Assembly: GCF_018977255.1 (NCBI RefSeq)
Contig: NW_024704742.1
Span: 110,486,001 to 110,550,000, forward strand
Direction: 5' to 3'
Source of the DNA: Callorhinchus milii
Taxonomy: Eukaryota
DNA length: 64,000 nt
The number at the start of each line of letters is the position of its first letter. Within the stretch, counting starts at the first letter, position 1. The notes under the pieces were generated by a model that saw only the letters and a program-made list of their open reading frames with translations, did not search any database and was not told where the DNA came from. The position numbers and the translations under genes were made by a program. Of this stretch, positions 63,390-64,000 are shown piece by piece.

Positions 63390-63682
63390 ATAATAAAAAT
63401 AGTGATCCTTACATTTTATATAGCGCCTTATCACATCTTTGAGAAGTCTCAAAGCACTTCACAGAGTATACTGTAAAGTGTAGTGATTGTATATTTTGTG
63501 GGTGAGACTCAGCAGCCAATTGCGCACAGACGTGTCCCACCAAAAGTCATGGATTGAAGTGACCAACTTATTATTATTATTATTATTAATTTTTTAAAGG
63601 AACTATTACCCCCGGAAAAGTGACCCAACTCAAGTGATCTAACAACCGGGTTCCTACTTACTGGTAGATAAACAGAGGAGTG
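63390..63682 (-). mobile_element. tRNA-SINE, long form, 5'-truncated
   Basis: Runs from the tail to aacaaccgggttcctacttactggtagataaacagagg. Confidence 0.85.
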
Positions 63683-64000
63683 GACTCAAAGCACTTTGTA
63701 GCAGTCATTGAGCTGACCTGACCTGTATCCAAACCAAAGTACGGGGCAACCTTGTTATTGTGGGTGTCAGCATTTTGGAGGGGGGTTGGTGGAATGCTGA
63801 CTTAACTCAAGTTACGCAGTTTTTAATCCAACAACCATTTTCACAAAGTTTTTTTTGGGTGGGAGTCAGGGAGTATGGACAGCATTCATTCACAGCCAGT
63901 TATTGACTGGGACTTTATGAGGGACAGAAAGTCCAACAATGTGATAATTATCACTGGTGATGATCATGATGATGAATGTCACATTATTCAGCTCATTTTT

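Noticed and set aside
1..64000. CRISPR arrays, operons or other prokaryotic systems
   Set aside because: The sequence is vertebrate-type. The repeats are dispersed retroelements or decayed minisatellites, and no regular repeat-spacer array or cas-like ORF is present.

Overview
AT-rich, repeat-dense vertebrate genomic DNA that is mostly intronic or intergenic. The repeat content suggests a cartilaginous fish, possibly a chimaera such as the elephant shark; this is inferred from recalled repeat consensus sequences and was not searched. The only well-supported host coding sequence is two minus-strand exons (26554-26678 and 21566-21709). They splice in frame to encode about two RCC1-type beta-propeller repeats of a gene I cannot assign to a named human paralog. 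Most other recognisable sequence is retrotransposon debris: tRNA-Ala-derived SINEs in short and long forms, Deu-domain SINEs, 5'-truncated L2 and CR1 LINEs, and a Gypsy integrase fossil. There is also a probable hAT end. The most interesting structural signal is a short repeat family, probably Penelope-derived, that carries a minimal hammerhead ribozyme motif (CUGAUGA-stem II-GAAA-CG-UU). It occurs as one intact-core copy within an inverted pair, one 250-bp copy flanked by a target-site duplication (TSD), and two fragments. Nearly all ORFs in the supplied track are LINE fragments or chance frames. Repeat boundaries are approximate.
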